From Epithemia pelagica (Eukaryota; Protista; Bacillariophyta), in the NCBI GenBank assembly GCA_946965045.2, contig OX337236.1, forward strand, positions 1,922,001 through 1,986,000: 64,000 bases of DNA. The letters run 5' to 3'. This document shows, piece after piece, positions 32,520 to 42,390 of the stretch. How positions within the stretch are numbered: the first letter of the stretch is position 1; each line of letters starts with the position of its first letter. A model generated the notes under the pieces. That model made no database searches. It saw only the letters and a program-made list of their open reading frames with translations, and was not told the origin of the DNA. The translations under genes and the position numbers were made by a program.

Positions 32520-34625
32520 ATGACGACGATCCTTCATCACCGTCGTTCCAAATCTGTCCTATGGTGGATACGGGTATTCCTGTTTCTTTCGTGTGTCGCT
32601 CATGGCACCGAGTTTGACGAAGAAAGGTTTAAGGAGCTCGTTGAAAAGATAGAGGAAAATGTTCGAGAGCTGGCCCGCAAAGTCGAACAACTATACCCAA
32701 TTCGATGCAATGAATTCTTCATGTCAGCGTGTACCAAAGCCAATTACGACCATTGTCTTTCAAGCTTCCCTAACCCTTCGTGTCCTGGAGGAGATGCATT
32801 TCACAATTCAGCATGTGGAGAAGCCTCCACTTGCTCCGCAAGTTACTCGTATGATTCATCCGTTGTGATTCTGAACGAACGTCTCACTTCGGATGAGGAA
32901 AACAACAATATTCCTCAAGATCCTCAAGTCATTGAGTCCATTTGCTTCTCAAGGCCGCTCGATGAGTACTTCATTACAAAGCGCAACGAGGATAAGGAAT
33001 ATTGGAAAGGATGGGGCTCTGAACCGTCGGCCATGTATTTTGCCAGTCATACTGGTGCAATGCGCATGTACCCGGCCAGAACCTATTCAACCTGTGGAGA
33101 CTATGACCCTCATGTTCGAGACTGGTATGTTTCAGCGAGTAGCGTTCCCAAGGATGTTGTCTTGGTCCTTGACATTTCCAGATCAATGATTGGAAACAAA
33201 ATCGACACACTAAAGGCCGCCGCAATCCGAATCATTAACACCTTAACCCCCTGGGACCGCATCGCCATTATACCATTTGGAGACAAAGCAATCGATATTA
33301 CTGACAATGGCCAGCTGGCACCAGCAACAAAGAAGAACATTGAAAATCTCACCAATCAAGTACAAGAGCTGGAAGTCAAGAAGGAAGACGAAGCCCCTAA
33401 TTTTTACCAGGCCTTTGAAATGTCCTTTGATATGTTGGTCGCCTCGAATCCACGAGATGATAGAGACAGCTGCAACACGGCAATTTTGTTCCTCTCGAAC
33501 GGAGACATGGGGACGTCCCAAGACACAGCGGAAGATGTTATTGAATTGGTCAGTACACGCATTGCTGCTACAGAGGCTCTTCTTGATCATCGCATCTACT
33601 TATTCGCGTATAGCATTGAGAATCAAATCAAACCATTTCCTTCTCAGCTCGCCTGCTCTGTCCCCAACGGAGTTTGGGACGAGATTGAAGATGTGAATGA
33701 TATCGTGGAGAGTTTGTCGAGCTACTACAAACTGTTCGCACTCAGGCTTGGAAGTGATGAAAACCAAGGCTTCGTTTCTTGGGCTGAACCATATGTCTAT
33801 GCGTCCATTCAGGAATTTGGCACTACGGCAAGCGCACCCGTCTATGATAGGTCGCAGGAACCCCCTATATTCCTCGGCGTCGTGGCGATAGATTTTCTGA
33901 TTCCAGCTCTCGATGCCGCACTTGGGGACACGAACGCTTACACTGAAGAATTCAACAAGCTTTTTGCTGACCTCATAACCTGGAGCTGCCCTCGACTTGG
34001 ACTGGGAGAATGTGTTTTGGAATCTTGGCGCCGCCAAGCGTCCTGCCCCAACAACAACAACTGTACCGAGGCCGACTTTTTGCCCATCGAAGAGAAATGC
34101 CCCACCCAAAATGACGACAAAGACCCTTGGGACAATGTAGAGAGAAAGGGCCTTTCCTTTCTTGAGCGGGCTTGTTGTCGAGTCGGTTCTACGAGCGCAG
34201 AGGACACGACCTGTCCAAACCCCGACGGTGGTGGTGGAGATGACGTCAATCTAGCTCTTATTCTGGGTGTCACATTGGGAGGCGTATTTGGTTTATTCCT
34301 AGGTGCTTGTTTTGTGGTGTATTTGATCGGATCGTGCACAGATGAACACGGATCCATCAGTATCAATGTACCACCCGAAGTTCCTCCGTACCGTGGTCCC
34401 ACGCCTCATGTTCCTTCAATTCCTCCTCCCCGATTTGTCCCCTCTTCGACTTCAAAACCTGCCACGACTGAACCAGAGCATCCTCGTGAAAACAACAATG
34501 ACCCATCTTCTATGGAGAACACGGCATCGTCGAACGCTACCTCTGGAAATAGCTTGAACGATGACGTCGAAGCAATGGGTGCTAGTGTTGCCGCGAGTAA
34601 CTTGCATGATACAGTGACGGAATAA
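32520..34625 (+). CDS. Type I membrane protein with VWA-N, VWA and Cache-like regions (alpha2-delta-like architecture)
   Basis: Signal peptide; YDPHVRDWYVSASSVPKDVVLVLDISRSM (MIDAS); WAEPYVYAS...TASAPVYD...LGVVAIDF; C-terminal transmembrane LALILGVTLGGVFGLFLGACFVVYLIG. Confidence 0.78.
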   Translation: MTTILHHRRSKSVLWWIRVFLFLSCVAHGTEFDEERFKELVEKIEENVRELARKVEQLYPIRCNEFFMSACTKANYDHCLSSFPNPSCPGGDAFHNSACGEASTCSASYSYDSSVVILNERLTSDEENNNIPQDPQVIESICFSRPLDEYFITKRNEDKEYWKGWGSEPSAMYFASHTGAMRMYPARTYSTCGDYDPHVRDWYVSASSVPKDVVLVLDISRSMIGNKIDTLKAAAIRIINTLTPWDRIAIIPFGDKAIDITDNGQLAPATKKNIENLTNQVQELEVKKEDEAPNFYQAFEMSFDMLVASNPRDDRDSCNTAILFLSNGDMGTSQDTAEDVIELVSTRIAATEALLDHRIYLFAYSIENQIKPFPSQLACSVPNGVWDEIEDVNDIVESLSSYYKLFALRLGSDENQGFVSWAEPYVYASIQEFGTTASAPVYDRSQEPPIFLGVVAIDFLIPALDAALGDTNAYTEEFNKLFADLITWSCPRLGLGECVLESWRRQASCPNNNNCTEADFLPIEEKCPTQNDDKDPWDNVERKGLSFLERACCRVGSTSAEDTTCPNPDGGGGDDVNLALILGVTLGGVFGLFLGACFVVYLIGSCTDEHGSISINVPPEVPPYRGPTPHVPSIPPPRFVPSSTSKPATTEPEHPRENNNDPSSMENTASSNATSGNSLNDDVEAMGASVAASNLHDTVTE

Positions 34626-35034
34626 ACGGATACTTGTCATAATATGCGGCTACGAAGAAGAAGCGAAAAACATTAAAATCATACAAAGAACCTTTAACCC
34701 AGAAACTACATAACTGACTAAAAACTCCAAGAACCATCGTCATTTGTTTCGCTAGTGCCCAACCAAGTAGATTCACAAAATGCAAATTTGGTCCTTTTCA
34801 CCCCCAAGTAAAAGTTTGAGCACAGAGACAGATACGCCTGGTCACTGATTTGTGCTGGTTACGCCATGTCAAAAGATGGATGTTGGGAAGTTGGAGAGAC
34901 CTTTGAATTGCTCCACCAAGTTCCTCCGAGCAATCAAATGCTTTATGAGACTCCAAGGTCATAGTGGAGCGTACTGGGAATCCATCGCATACAAAGAGAC
35001 GAGGACGCTAGTGGTCTCGAACAACGAGACGGCG

Positions 35035-38000
35035 TCAAGGGCTTTGCAAGCACATCTGGGCTGAGAGGTAGTGCAATCGACAATCCAATTCAGAATGATC
35101 ACTTGGACCTTCCCATTCTGACGGCAACAAGGTCGGATCTTGCTGTTCCAGTGCCTGCCAACGAAGAAGGGACTGAGCTGCGGCATACCATGATGATAAT
35201 GTATCATTTGAACTCTTGCGTGACACATCTCGGTCTTTGTGCAAGCGCAGGTGTGTTTCTACCATTGTCCACAACTGATGACACAAGCGGGCCCTTGCTG
35301 AGTCTTGGTTGATTTGGACAACCAGAGCACGGGAAGTCACGGTCACACGACGTGGTCGTTTGTCATGCATTGTTCTGGAATTCTTCCTTTGCCTCAACCA
35401 GAGGCGATTATACAGCAAGCGGTCATCCAAAGCCTTTAAGGTGACTCTTATCCTTTCACTCGACTTACAGGTCGGGACAACAGGAGGACTCCAGGATTCC
35501 TGCATTGATGATCCATTATCTTCCTGTACGGCCTCCGCATCGATTGCTTCAGTGCGTCCTTGTATGTTGTTAGACATATAAGAGCTATTCATCAGCGTGT
35601 CTAAAGACTCCGCCTCTCCATCATCCTTGTTGACACTGGTAGTCCTCTCCCTCTGTTCGGCCTTGTTCGCAACGTTCCTTGCATGGCCTCTTTCCGCCAG
35701 CTCCCCGAGTCCGACGGCACTGGTGTTCACGCCCAGATTACACCTTGCTTCGTGTTCTTTCTCTTGTTCGACCAGAGTGTCATTGCGGACAATGTCCTGC
35801 GATAGATTGTCGTTCTCCTCCTTCCTTGACAGAGTCTTGTTTCCATGATTCGGTGGAGGCTGAGACAGCAGCGTTTCCGTGGTGACGGAATTCGAATTAG
35901 TTGTCTCGTTGAATGGTTCCTTTAAGGATGTATCAAATGCCAGTAATGTCATGATCTTTGCTGCCTCATGTTCTTCCGATGGTCTTGTCAACGGAGGCGA
36001 TGAACCTGGATTCGACAATGGTTCCAAACTGATACAAAGAGACTGGGTTGAAGGATGCTCCTCCGCAGCAGTTGGCGACTTGGACTCGTTCATGGTATTG
36101 GTTGTGCAAGATGTGGCACCCACTGGTACTTCCGAGCTCGTTTCATCCGCGGGGACAGCAAGTCGTAGGGGCCGATTGGACGAGTCGTTGACCGATTCGG
36201 GACACGATTTTTGTCGTTTGAGGCGATGATTGTCATGGGAAAGAGTGGGAGTGGAATCCGGACTGGCTCGTTTGCCTGGAATGACTTGTTCTTGCTGTTG
36301 CGAAAAGACAATGTTGCGTGATAGCTCGGACAATATAACACGCTTATTGTTGGCATCCAGAGGAGACGGTACCAGCTTTTCATGCGGTCGTGGTTGCGGT
36401 TGGTTGTGGAGAGTGGACAGTGACGGTGTGGCATCCTCGAAAGTGCCGTCGAGAGGATCGGATGAGTCTTTGGAAATGGAAGGAACCAATGGGTCGTTAT
36501 CCAACTGCATGTCTCTTTTTTGTGAGCCCATTTCGGAACAGGAAACGTCGATTGGAGTGGAGCAATCGGGTGCTATTGGAATCGACGTGTCTTTCATGGT
36601 ACTTGGCTCCAAGCCAGGCGAATCCTGCGGAATGGTATTCTCTGGCTGAGAACAGGGACTCGGCATGGACGCGGAGGGATGTGAATGAATGGGGCCTGGA
36701 TGGACGAGTCCAGGCAAGGAAGCGGTCGAGGAGGATGATGACGATATTCGTGACTGCTTGCTGGACAGGGTAGTCGACTGTGAGCCACTGTCCGAATCGC
36801 CCTGGGTCCCAACCATCGGCTGTACCTTGTTGATTCCAATCACGGGAGTGGGAGGTACAGAGCGATCATGACTTAGCATACCCTCGTTGGACACTGCTTC
36901 TTTCGTATCGTCACTGCCACCATTGTGTTGCCGGAGTTTCTCGTCATCCGTACGGTTCTCCGCATTCGCGCACCGAGTGGCTGGTTCGGTGGGATCCCAA
37001 AATCCCCAAAACGATGTGGGGGATGGTTCCAGTGCCCGTGACTCGGCTGCGGCTGCCAGGGCGGGGACAATGGTCTCGGGAGGGTCCATGGGACAAATCA
37101 CCAATCTCCCCTTGTTGCGTGTGGCACTATAAATGGCCGCCGCCGCCAGGGCCAGTCCGGGTTGTCCCACCCGACCCACTCCCAAACATCGATGGACCCC
37201 GGCCGGCAAACTGCCAAAGGCGGGATGCGGCAGTGTGGTACACTGGGACGTGGACGACGATGACGAGGGAGTTGTTGTCGTCGACGTATCCTTCTTGCGG
37301 TTGTTGTGGTGCAACGAGTGTGGTCCTTGTTGTTGTTGTTGTTGTTGTTGGGGATTGTAATTCCAGACGGAACCATTGGACAATTGCAACAAGACATGAT
37401 TGGAATCGTACCCCGTCGTATAGGCCGCATCGAGACATGTGAGATCTCCTCGACCCGGACGACGGCGTCCGCCGCCTGGTTCGGCCACGGACGGCGAGGG
37501 GATTCCGGGCAGGGCCATTTCGGAATGGTGGAACCACGCCACGGGTTTCGTGTCGCCGTCGCCACGTGGTCCTCCTCCATCATACGAGTCTTCCAGCGAC
37601 ACGAGGGACATTTGATTGTACCACTCACTGCCTCCACACAAGGACAAATTGCCGGCCACGGCGAGAGCCGCTTCGGTATTGGCCACGTCCGTGTAGGCCG
37701 GTCGTTTCCGAACGGGTTGCTTGGTGGTGGTGGGTTCGGGAGGTCCCTCCTTGGAGGACGACGTTGATACGGGTAGATCTTCACTGGTCAAATCCCACAC
37801 CCGCAACTTTTGACCATCTGATTTGCTCAAGGCCTCCAATCGTGTCGTTCCCGGACATCTGCGAAACTGCAAAAATTGAATGGTGGTTCCATTGGTTTGC
37901 GTATTGTAGAGTTGGACCCACGTGGGAACAAGGGCTTGACCACGACGACTACTCTGCGTGCTCGAACTTGGTGGTGGCGGCGTAAACTTCCAAATGTGAA

Positions 38001-39477
38001 TGTTTTTAATGGCCTTGCCCGTGAGTAGCAAGTAGGACGGCGAATGTTGCAACCGGGTGCAGGCCCCAAATCCGCGCAGTTTGGCATCCGCGTGACGATA
38101 GACTGTGACGTGATCCAACAAATTGGTCGCGGGTTCCTCTTCTTCTTCTTCTTCTTTTTCTTGTCGTCCATGGCACTCGGTATTCCAGTAGTGGTCCTCC
38201 AACTCGGTCAAATCCAAGGCCAAGAGTTCCATGCTGCCCCGCAACACACCCGCAAAGCACCAACGACAATCTGGGGCAATATCCACCGTCATGAGGAGCG
38301 AGGTGTGGACCCCCTTGGCGTGAATTTGTCCCGCCACGGCACCATACAATTGATTGTCTTTGGAATCCACCAAAATGGAACTCCCTCCTCCTCCTCCTCC
38401 TCCAGTGATCTGATTGTCCCCCCGGGTCTTGTTGTGGGTGGTGGAGGACCTTTGGTGGGACGCATGGTGGGACGTTTGGAAGGTTCCCGTCAAGTCAAAG
38501 AGACGCACCGTGCCATCGGCAAATCCTCCAATCACCAGGCGACCACTGGGGGAAAACTTGAGCGAGGTACACTCTTCATTCACGGCAAATTTGGCCACGG
38601 CCTGCGACGAGGGCTTGCTCTTGTCGCGATTTTGTTGCAGTGACACGAGACGTTGATGCAACCGTGCGCAGAGGGGTGGCAAGGAATGACGGGACAAACG
38701 GGCGGCACTCGAGAGCGAGGAGGACGCGTGTCGCGGAGAGGGGAGGTTCTCGAGCGGAGGAGTTTGTCGTGTGCCAGTGCTGGTTGTTCCATTGTCTTCT
38801 TCTCCTTCTCGTTGTTGGTGTCGTGTCGCGTCTTGAAATGATGGAACGGGTCGATGTGGCTCCAATTTGTGAGGCGTTGGTGTGACAAGGTGTTGGGATG
38901 GGACACGAGGCTTGGTGGGTTTCTCGACCGAGGACGACAAGGCTTGGGAAGAATCAGGATGAGGATGATGAGAGTGATGGAGTTGTTGTTTCTCGGCCGA
39001 CGACGACACGGTTCGTGTTTGGATGGGGACAGGCTTTTTGGGAACATGGTTTTTCACCGCGTGTTTGGAGGAGGAGGAGGACAATGGACCAACTGGAGCA
39101 TCCAAGCTTCCCACTGGTTGGTCGTGAAGACGCAGTGTGTTGGCCATAATGTGTGACGAAGAGGAAGAGGAGGTGTTGGTCGATGCGGATCGAATCCGTT
39201 GGTTGGAAGCGACGACAAGAGGATGGGTACCCGCTGTTGGGAACGCCGTCGTCCTTTCACGAGTCGACAAATCACTCGTCTTGTTGGAAGAGGGACGATG
39301 ACTGGGGTGGAGCATGGAGGATGAGGAACCGGGTTTTCCCATGGTCTTTTTGTTTCGATTCGCGTGGTCTCGTCGTTGGTTCGTTTCGAAAAAAAAGCGA
39401 GAATGATGAGACGAGGGGCTTGCCATTGGTGGGAGAGGTTCAAACCAAAGATCAAAGCGTGGCTGGCGTTCGCGCAC
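35035..39477 (-). CDS. 1480-aa protein with a WD40-like beta-propeller and long low-complexity regions
   Basis: CTSLKFSPSGRLVIGGFADGTVRLFDL, VDIAPDCRWCFAG, KNIHIWKF, DGQKLRVWDL. Confidence 0.6.
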   Translation of the reverse strand: MRERQPRFDLWFEPLPPMASPSSHHSRFFFETNQRRDHANRNKKTMGKPGSSSSMLHPSHRPSSNKTSDLSTRERTTAFPTAGTHPLVVASNQRIRSASTNTSSSSSSHIMANTLRLHDQPVGSLDAPVGPLSSSSSKHAVKNHVPKKPVPIQTRTVSSSAEKQQLHHSHHPHPDSSQALSSSVEKPTKPRVPSQHLVTPTPHKLEPHRPVPSFQDATRHQQREGEEDNGTTSTGTRQTPPLENLPSPRHASSSLSSAARLSRHSLPPLCARLHQRLVSLQQNRDKSKPSSQAVAKFAVNEECTSLKFSPSGRLVIGGFADGTVRLFDLTGTFQTSHHASHQRSSTTHNKTRGDNQITGGGGGGGSSILVDSKDNQLYGAVAGQIHAKGVHTSLLMTVDIAPDCRWCFAGVLRGSMELLALDLTELEDHYWNTECHGRQEKEEEEEEEPATNLLDHVTVYRHADAKLRGFGACTRLQHSPSYLLLTGKAIKNIHIWKFTPPPPSSSTQSSRRGQALVPTWVQLYNTQTNGTTIQFLQFRRCPGTTRLEALSKSDGQKLRVWDLTSEDLPVSTSSSKEGPPEPTTTKQPVRKRPAYTDVANTEAALAVAGNLSLCGGSEWYNQMSLVSLEDSYDGGGPRGDGDTKPVAWFHHSEMALPGIPSPSVAEPGGGRRRPGRGDLTCLDAAYTTGYDSNHVLLQLSNGSVWNYNPQQQQQQQQGPHSLHHNNRKKDTSTTTTPSSSSSTSQCTTLPHPAFGSLPAGVHRCLGVGRVGQPGLALAAAAIYSATRNKGRLVICPMDPPETIVPALAAAAESRALEPSPTSFWGFWDPTEPATRCANAENRTDDEKLRQHNGGSDDTKEAVSNEGMLSHDRSVPPTPVIGINKVQPMVGTQGDSDSGSQSTTLSSKQSRISSSSSSTASLPGLVHPGPIHSHPSASMPSPCSQPENTIPQDSPGLEPSTMKDTSIPIAPDCSTPIDVSCSEMGSQKRDMQLDNDPLVPSISKDSSDPLDGTFEDATPSLSTLHNQPQPRPHEKLVPSPLDANNKRVILSELSRNIVFSQQQEQVIPGKRASPDSTPTLSHDNHRLKRQKSCPESVNDSSNRPLRLAVPADETSSEVPVGATSCTTNTMNESKSPTAAEEHPSTQSLCISLEPLSNPGSSPPLTRPSEEHEAAKIMTLLAFDTSLKEPFNETTNSNSVTTETLLSQPPPNHGNKTLSRKEENDNLSQDIVRNDTLVEQEKEHEARCNLGVNTSAVGLGELAERGHARNVANKAEQRERTTSVNKDDGEAESLDTLMNSSYMSNNIQGRTEAIDAEAVQEDNGSSMQESWSPPVVPTCKSSERIRVTLKALDDRLLYNRLWLRQRKNSRTMHDKRPRRVTVTSRALVVQINQDSARARLCHQLWTMVETHLRLHKDRDVSRKSSNDTLSSWYAAAQSLLRWQALEQQDPTLLPSEWEGPSDHSELDCRLHYLSAQMCLQSP

Positions 39478-39780
39478 GCAATGCCATAGAATCGGCCCGC
39501 GCCTGTCGATCCCACGGCATTGCTCACTTTTTGAATGTCAATCCCACGGGATCTCGCAGGGACTCCACACACAACGCGATCATTGATCGCCTTGCTTACA
39601 ATACAATATCACCCTCCACCATCACCCCAAGAAGGAGTAGGAGCAAGTGCCTACAACATGAGAATGAGAGGGTAGCACAAAAAATTAGTAGGCCCTGTCT
39701 ATTCGTAGCGGCCCATGTTACGGGGCTCCATTATTCTAGCTTGTTCGTTTGTCCAGATTCCAAAACTACCTACCGCGTTT

Positions 39781-41280
39781 CATTGATACCTTACCCTCCT
39801 TGACAGGAGGGCGGAGGAGTAAAGTGTGGAAAGGGTGTTTGTTCCATGGCCGGACCCGGATTCTCGGCCACGAGTTGGTACAATTGCTGATTGTATGGTT
39901 CCAGGCGGTCCAACCAGTCTTGTTGCACGGAACACGAGGGCGTGTGGAGGTTGGGGTCCCGCTTGACATTGGCGTACGGAACCAACAACCGGTGACGACG
40001 ACGTTCGTGCAGTGGCAAATTCAAAAAGTCCTGAATCCGTCGCATGGCGTGTCGTGCATTGCGTTTCAATTCCTCATAGTGGAGGAGCAAAATTTGTTGG
40101 GGTCGACGAAATTCGACAAACCATTGCTGTAACCAATGAGCATACAAGGCATAGGCATAGGGGTCGGGTGATGGTGGTGGTTGTGGTTGTTGTTGTGGTT
40201 GTGAATGATGATTGGTCAACTTGGGCCAGACGGTGGTTTCCATGTGCTCGTGAAATGTTTGGAGCGTGGTGGCGGTACGATTGCCCATTGTTGAATTGGA
40301 GGATGCCGATTCAATCGTTTTGGTATAAAACGGTCTTTGGTCGGCCGACACACTGTGTTTGTACTCATATTCCATGTGATGATACCAGGACAATTCTCGT
40401 GCCATGGGCTCGCGCAGCACCATGATAATCTTGAGGGCACGACGTTGTTTGCGTGTGGCAAACGTGTGGTAATATGCTCCAATGCGGGTGCATGCTGGAA
40501 GAGCTGCGAAAGTTTCGCACTTCGTGCGAAACCTAAAAAATTCCGGAGGGAGTAGTTCGTTTGTCGAGATTCCAAAGTACCGCGTTTCATTGATACCTTG
40601 TCCTTGACAGGAGGGAGGAGTAAAGTGTGGAAAGGGTGTTTGTTCCATGGCCGGACCCGGATTCTCGGCCAAGAGTTTGTACAATTGCTGATTGTACGGT
40701 TCCAGCCGGTCAAACCAGTCTTGTTTCACCAAACACGAGGGCTTGTCAAGGTTGGGGTCCCGCTTGACATTGGCGTACGGAACCAACAACCGGTGACGAC
40801 GACGTTCGTGCAGTGGCAAATTCAAAAAGTCCTGAATCCGTCGCATGGCGTGTCGTGCATTGCGTTTCAATTCCTCATAGTGGAGGAGCAAAATTTGTTG
40901 GGGTCGACGAAATTCGACAAACCATTGCTGTAACCAATGAGCATACAAGGCATAGGCATAGGGGTCGGGTGATGGTTGTGAATGATTCGTCAACTTGGGC
41001 CAGACGGTGGTTTCCATGTGCTCGTGAAATGTTTGGAGCGTGGTGGTACTACGATTGCCCATTGTTGGATTGGAGGATGCCGATTCAATCGTTTTGGTAT
41101 AAAACGGTCTTTGGTCGGCGGACACACTGTGTTTGTACTCATATTCCATGTGATGATACCAGGACAATTCTCGTGCCATGGGCTCGCGCAGTACCATGAT
41201 AATCTTGAGGGCACGACGTTGTTTGCGTGTGGCAAACGTGTGGTAAAATGCTCCAATGCGGGTGGCGCGCGAAAAGGAAT
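39781..41280. repeat. ~0.8-kb direct duplication of the sulfotransferase C-terminal half plus the start of its 3' UTR
   Basis: CATTGATACCTT at 39781 and 40588; the peptide TRIGA.YHTFATRKQRRALKIIMVLREP...HFTPPSCQG occurs twice. Confidence 0.9.
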
Positions 41281-41896
41281 CGGGTGTGGCATCGACAATC
41301 AGCGGTCGAAAAGAAGAAGAAGAAGAAGAAGAAGAAGAAGAAGAAGAAGAAGAAGAAGGTTGGCAATGCTCGTACAGACTGGAATAAAACGACACGCCCT
41401 TGTCATAAAAGGAATCAAAAAAGTGTGGTTCCTTGTCAGTATGCTGGGACACGGGCCGCGACACACACAGCGGTCGGTCCTCGGTAGGCATGGAAAAGTC
41501 TTTGGTCCCAAAATGCTTTTTCAGGTACGCGAATATGACCGTCGTACCCGCTTTTGGAACGCCAGCCAACAAGACATTGGGGAGAATCCAATGTTTGCCG
41601 ACTGCGGCAATGAGAGTGTTGTTGTCTTGGTGGGCTAGAAGTTTGGGGTGTGGAACCATGGACTTGTTCTGGTGTGCACGAATGTCCTGCTGGTTTGTGT
41701 CCCAAGAGAGACTGCTACTTTGAGCGTTTGGTGTATTGTTGTGTTTCCTTTCCCAGGGTCTCGTTTGAATATCGTTGAGGTAAGCTCGTGATTTGACATA
41801 GTCCAGAAAACGACCCGTTTGTTTCTTGACCGCAGGACATTTCGTCAAAGTATGATTGATATTTCGGGAAATCTTGCTGTGTTTGGATCCCCCAAA
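39791..41896 (-). pseudogene. 3' part of a glycosyltransferase-sulfotransferase fusion gene (sulfotransferase domain plus duplicated C-terminal half), separated from its 5' part by the hAT insertion
   Basis: 5'-PSB GVPKAGTT, KEPHFFD, VDATPD, 3'-PB LREPMARELSWY. The frame continues upstream through the TSD (FGG SKHSKISRNINHT LTKCPAVKK). Confidence 0.85.
41311..41358. repeat. (AAG)16 microsatellite encoding poly-Ser on the minus strand
   Basis: Read directly from the sequence. Confidence 0.95.
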
Positions 41897-41912
41897 CAGG
41901 GTCTGGAAGTCA
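41897..41912 (+). repeat. Left terminal inverted repeat of the hAT element
   Basis: First 12 bp are a perfect inverse of 48934-48945; 15/16 overall. Confidence 0.95.
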
Positions 41913-42390
41913 TTTTATGTGCCATCTAAACTTGAATGTAGATTGATTATTCACTTTTCCAATCAGTTTAGAATTAAATTAAGAATTAACGATTCACTTC
42001 ACGACATATACACAATTGAATTAATCTTGAAAGTGTACTAATTTACGGATAGTAAATGAACTTAATTACCAAAGTCAATTATGTTTACAATCAATAAATT
42101 CACTTAACTTTGCTATTCCCCTATTTCATACCCTTTGAATTGAATTGAATCCCCAATTCCCTTTTCGAACCAATTGGAATTAAATTCCAATCCCAATTCC
42201 CTTTTCGAACGAATTTGAATTGAATGAATCATTCTCAATTCACACCACCATTCAGAACAAATGAATTACACATTCACAAATTCCATTCATTCTCTGAATT
42301 ATGACTCACAGTCACACACTGTACTCCTTATCCTTTCTCCACCATTATAGTCGTACAACATACAACTAAGAAGATGTTAGGTACGCCTGT

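Noticed and set aside
41139-41511. Poly-Phe, poly-Lys and poly-Leu ORFs
   Set aside because: These are alternative frames of the (AAG)16 microsatellite inside the sulfotransferase ORF.
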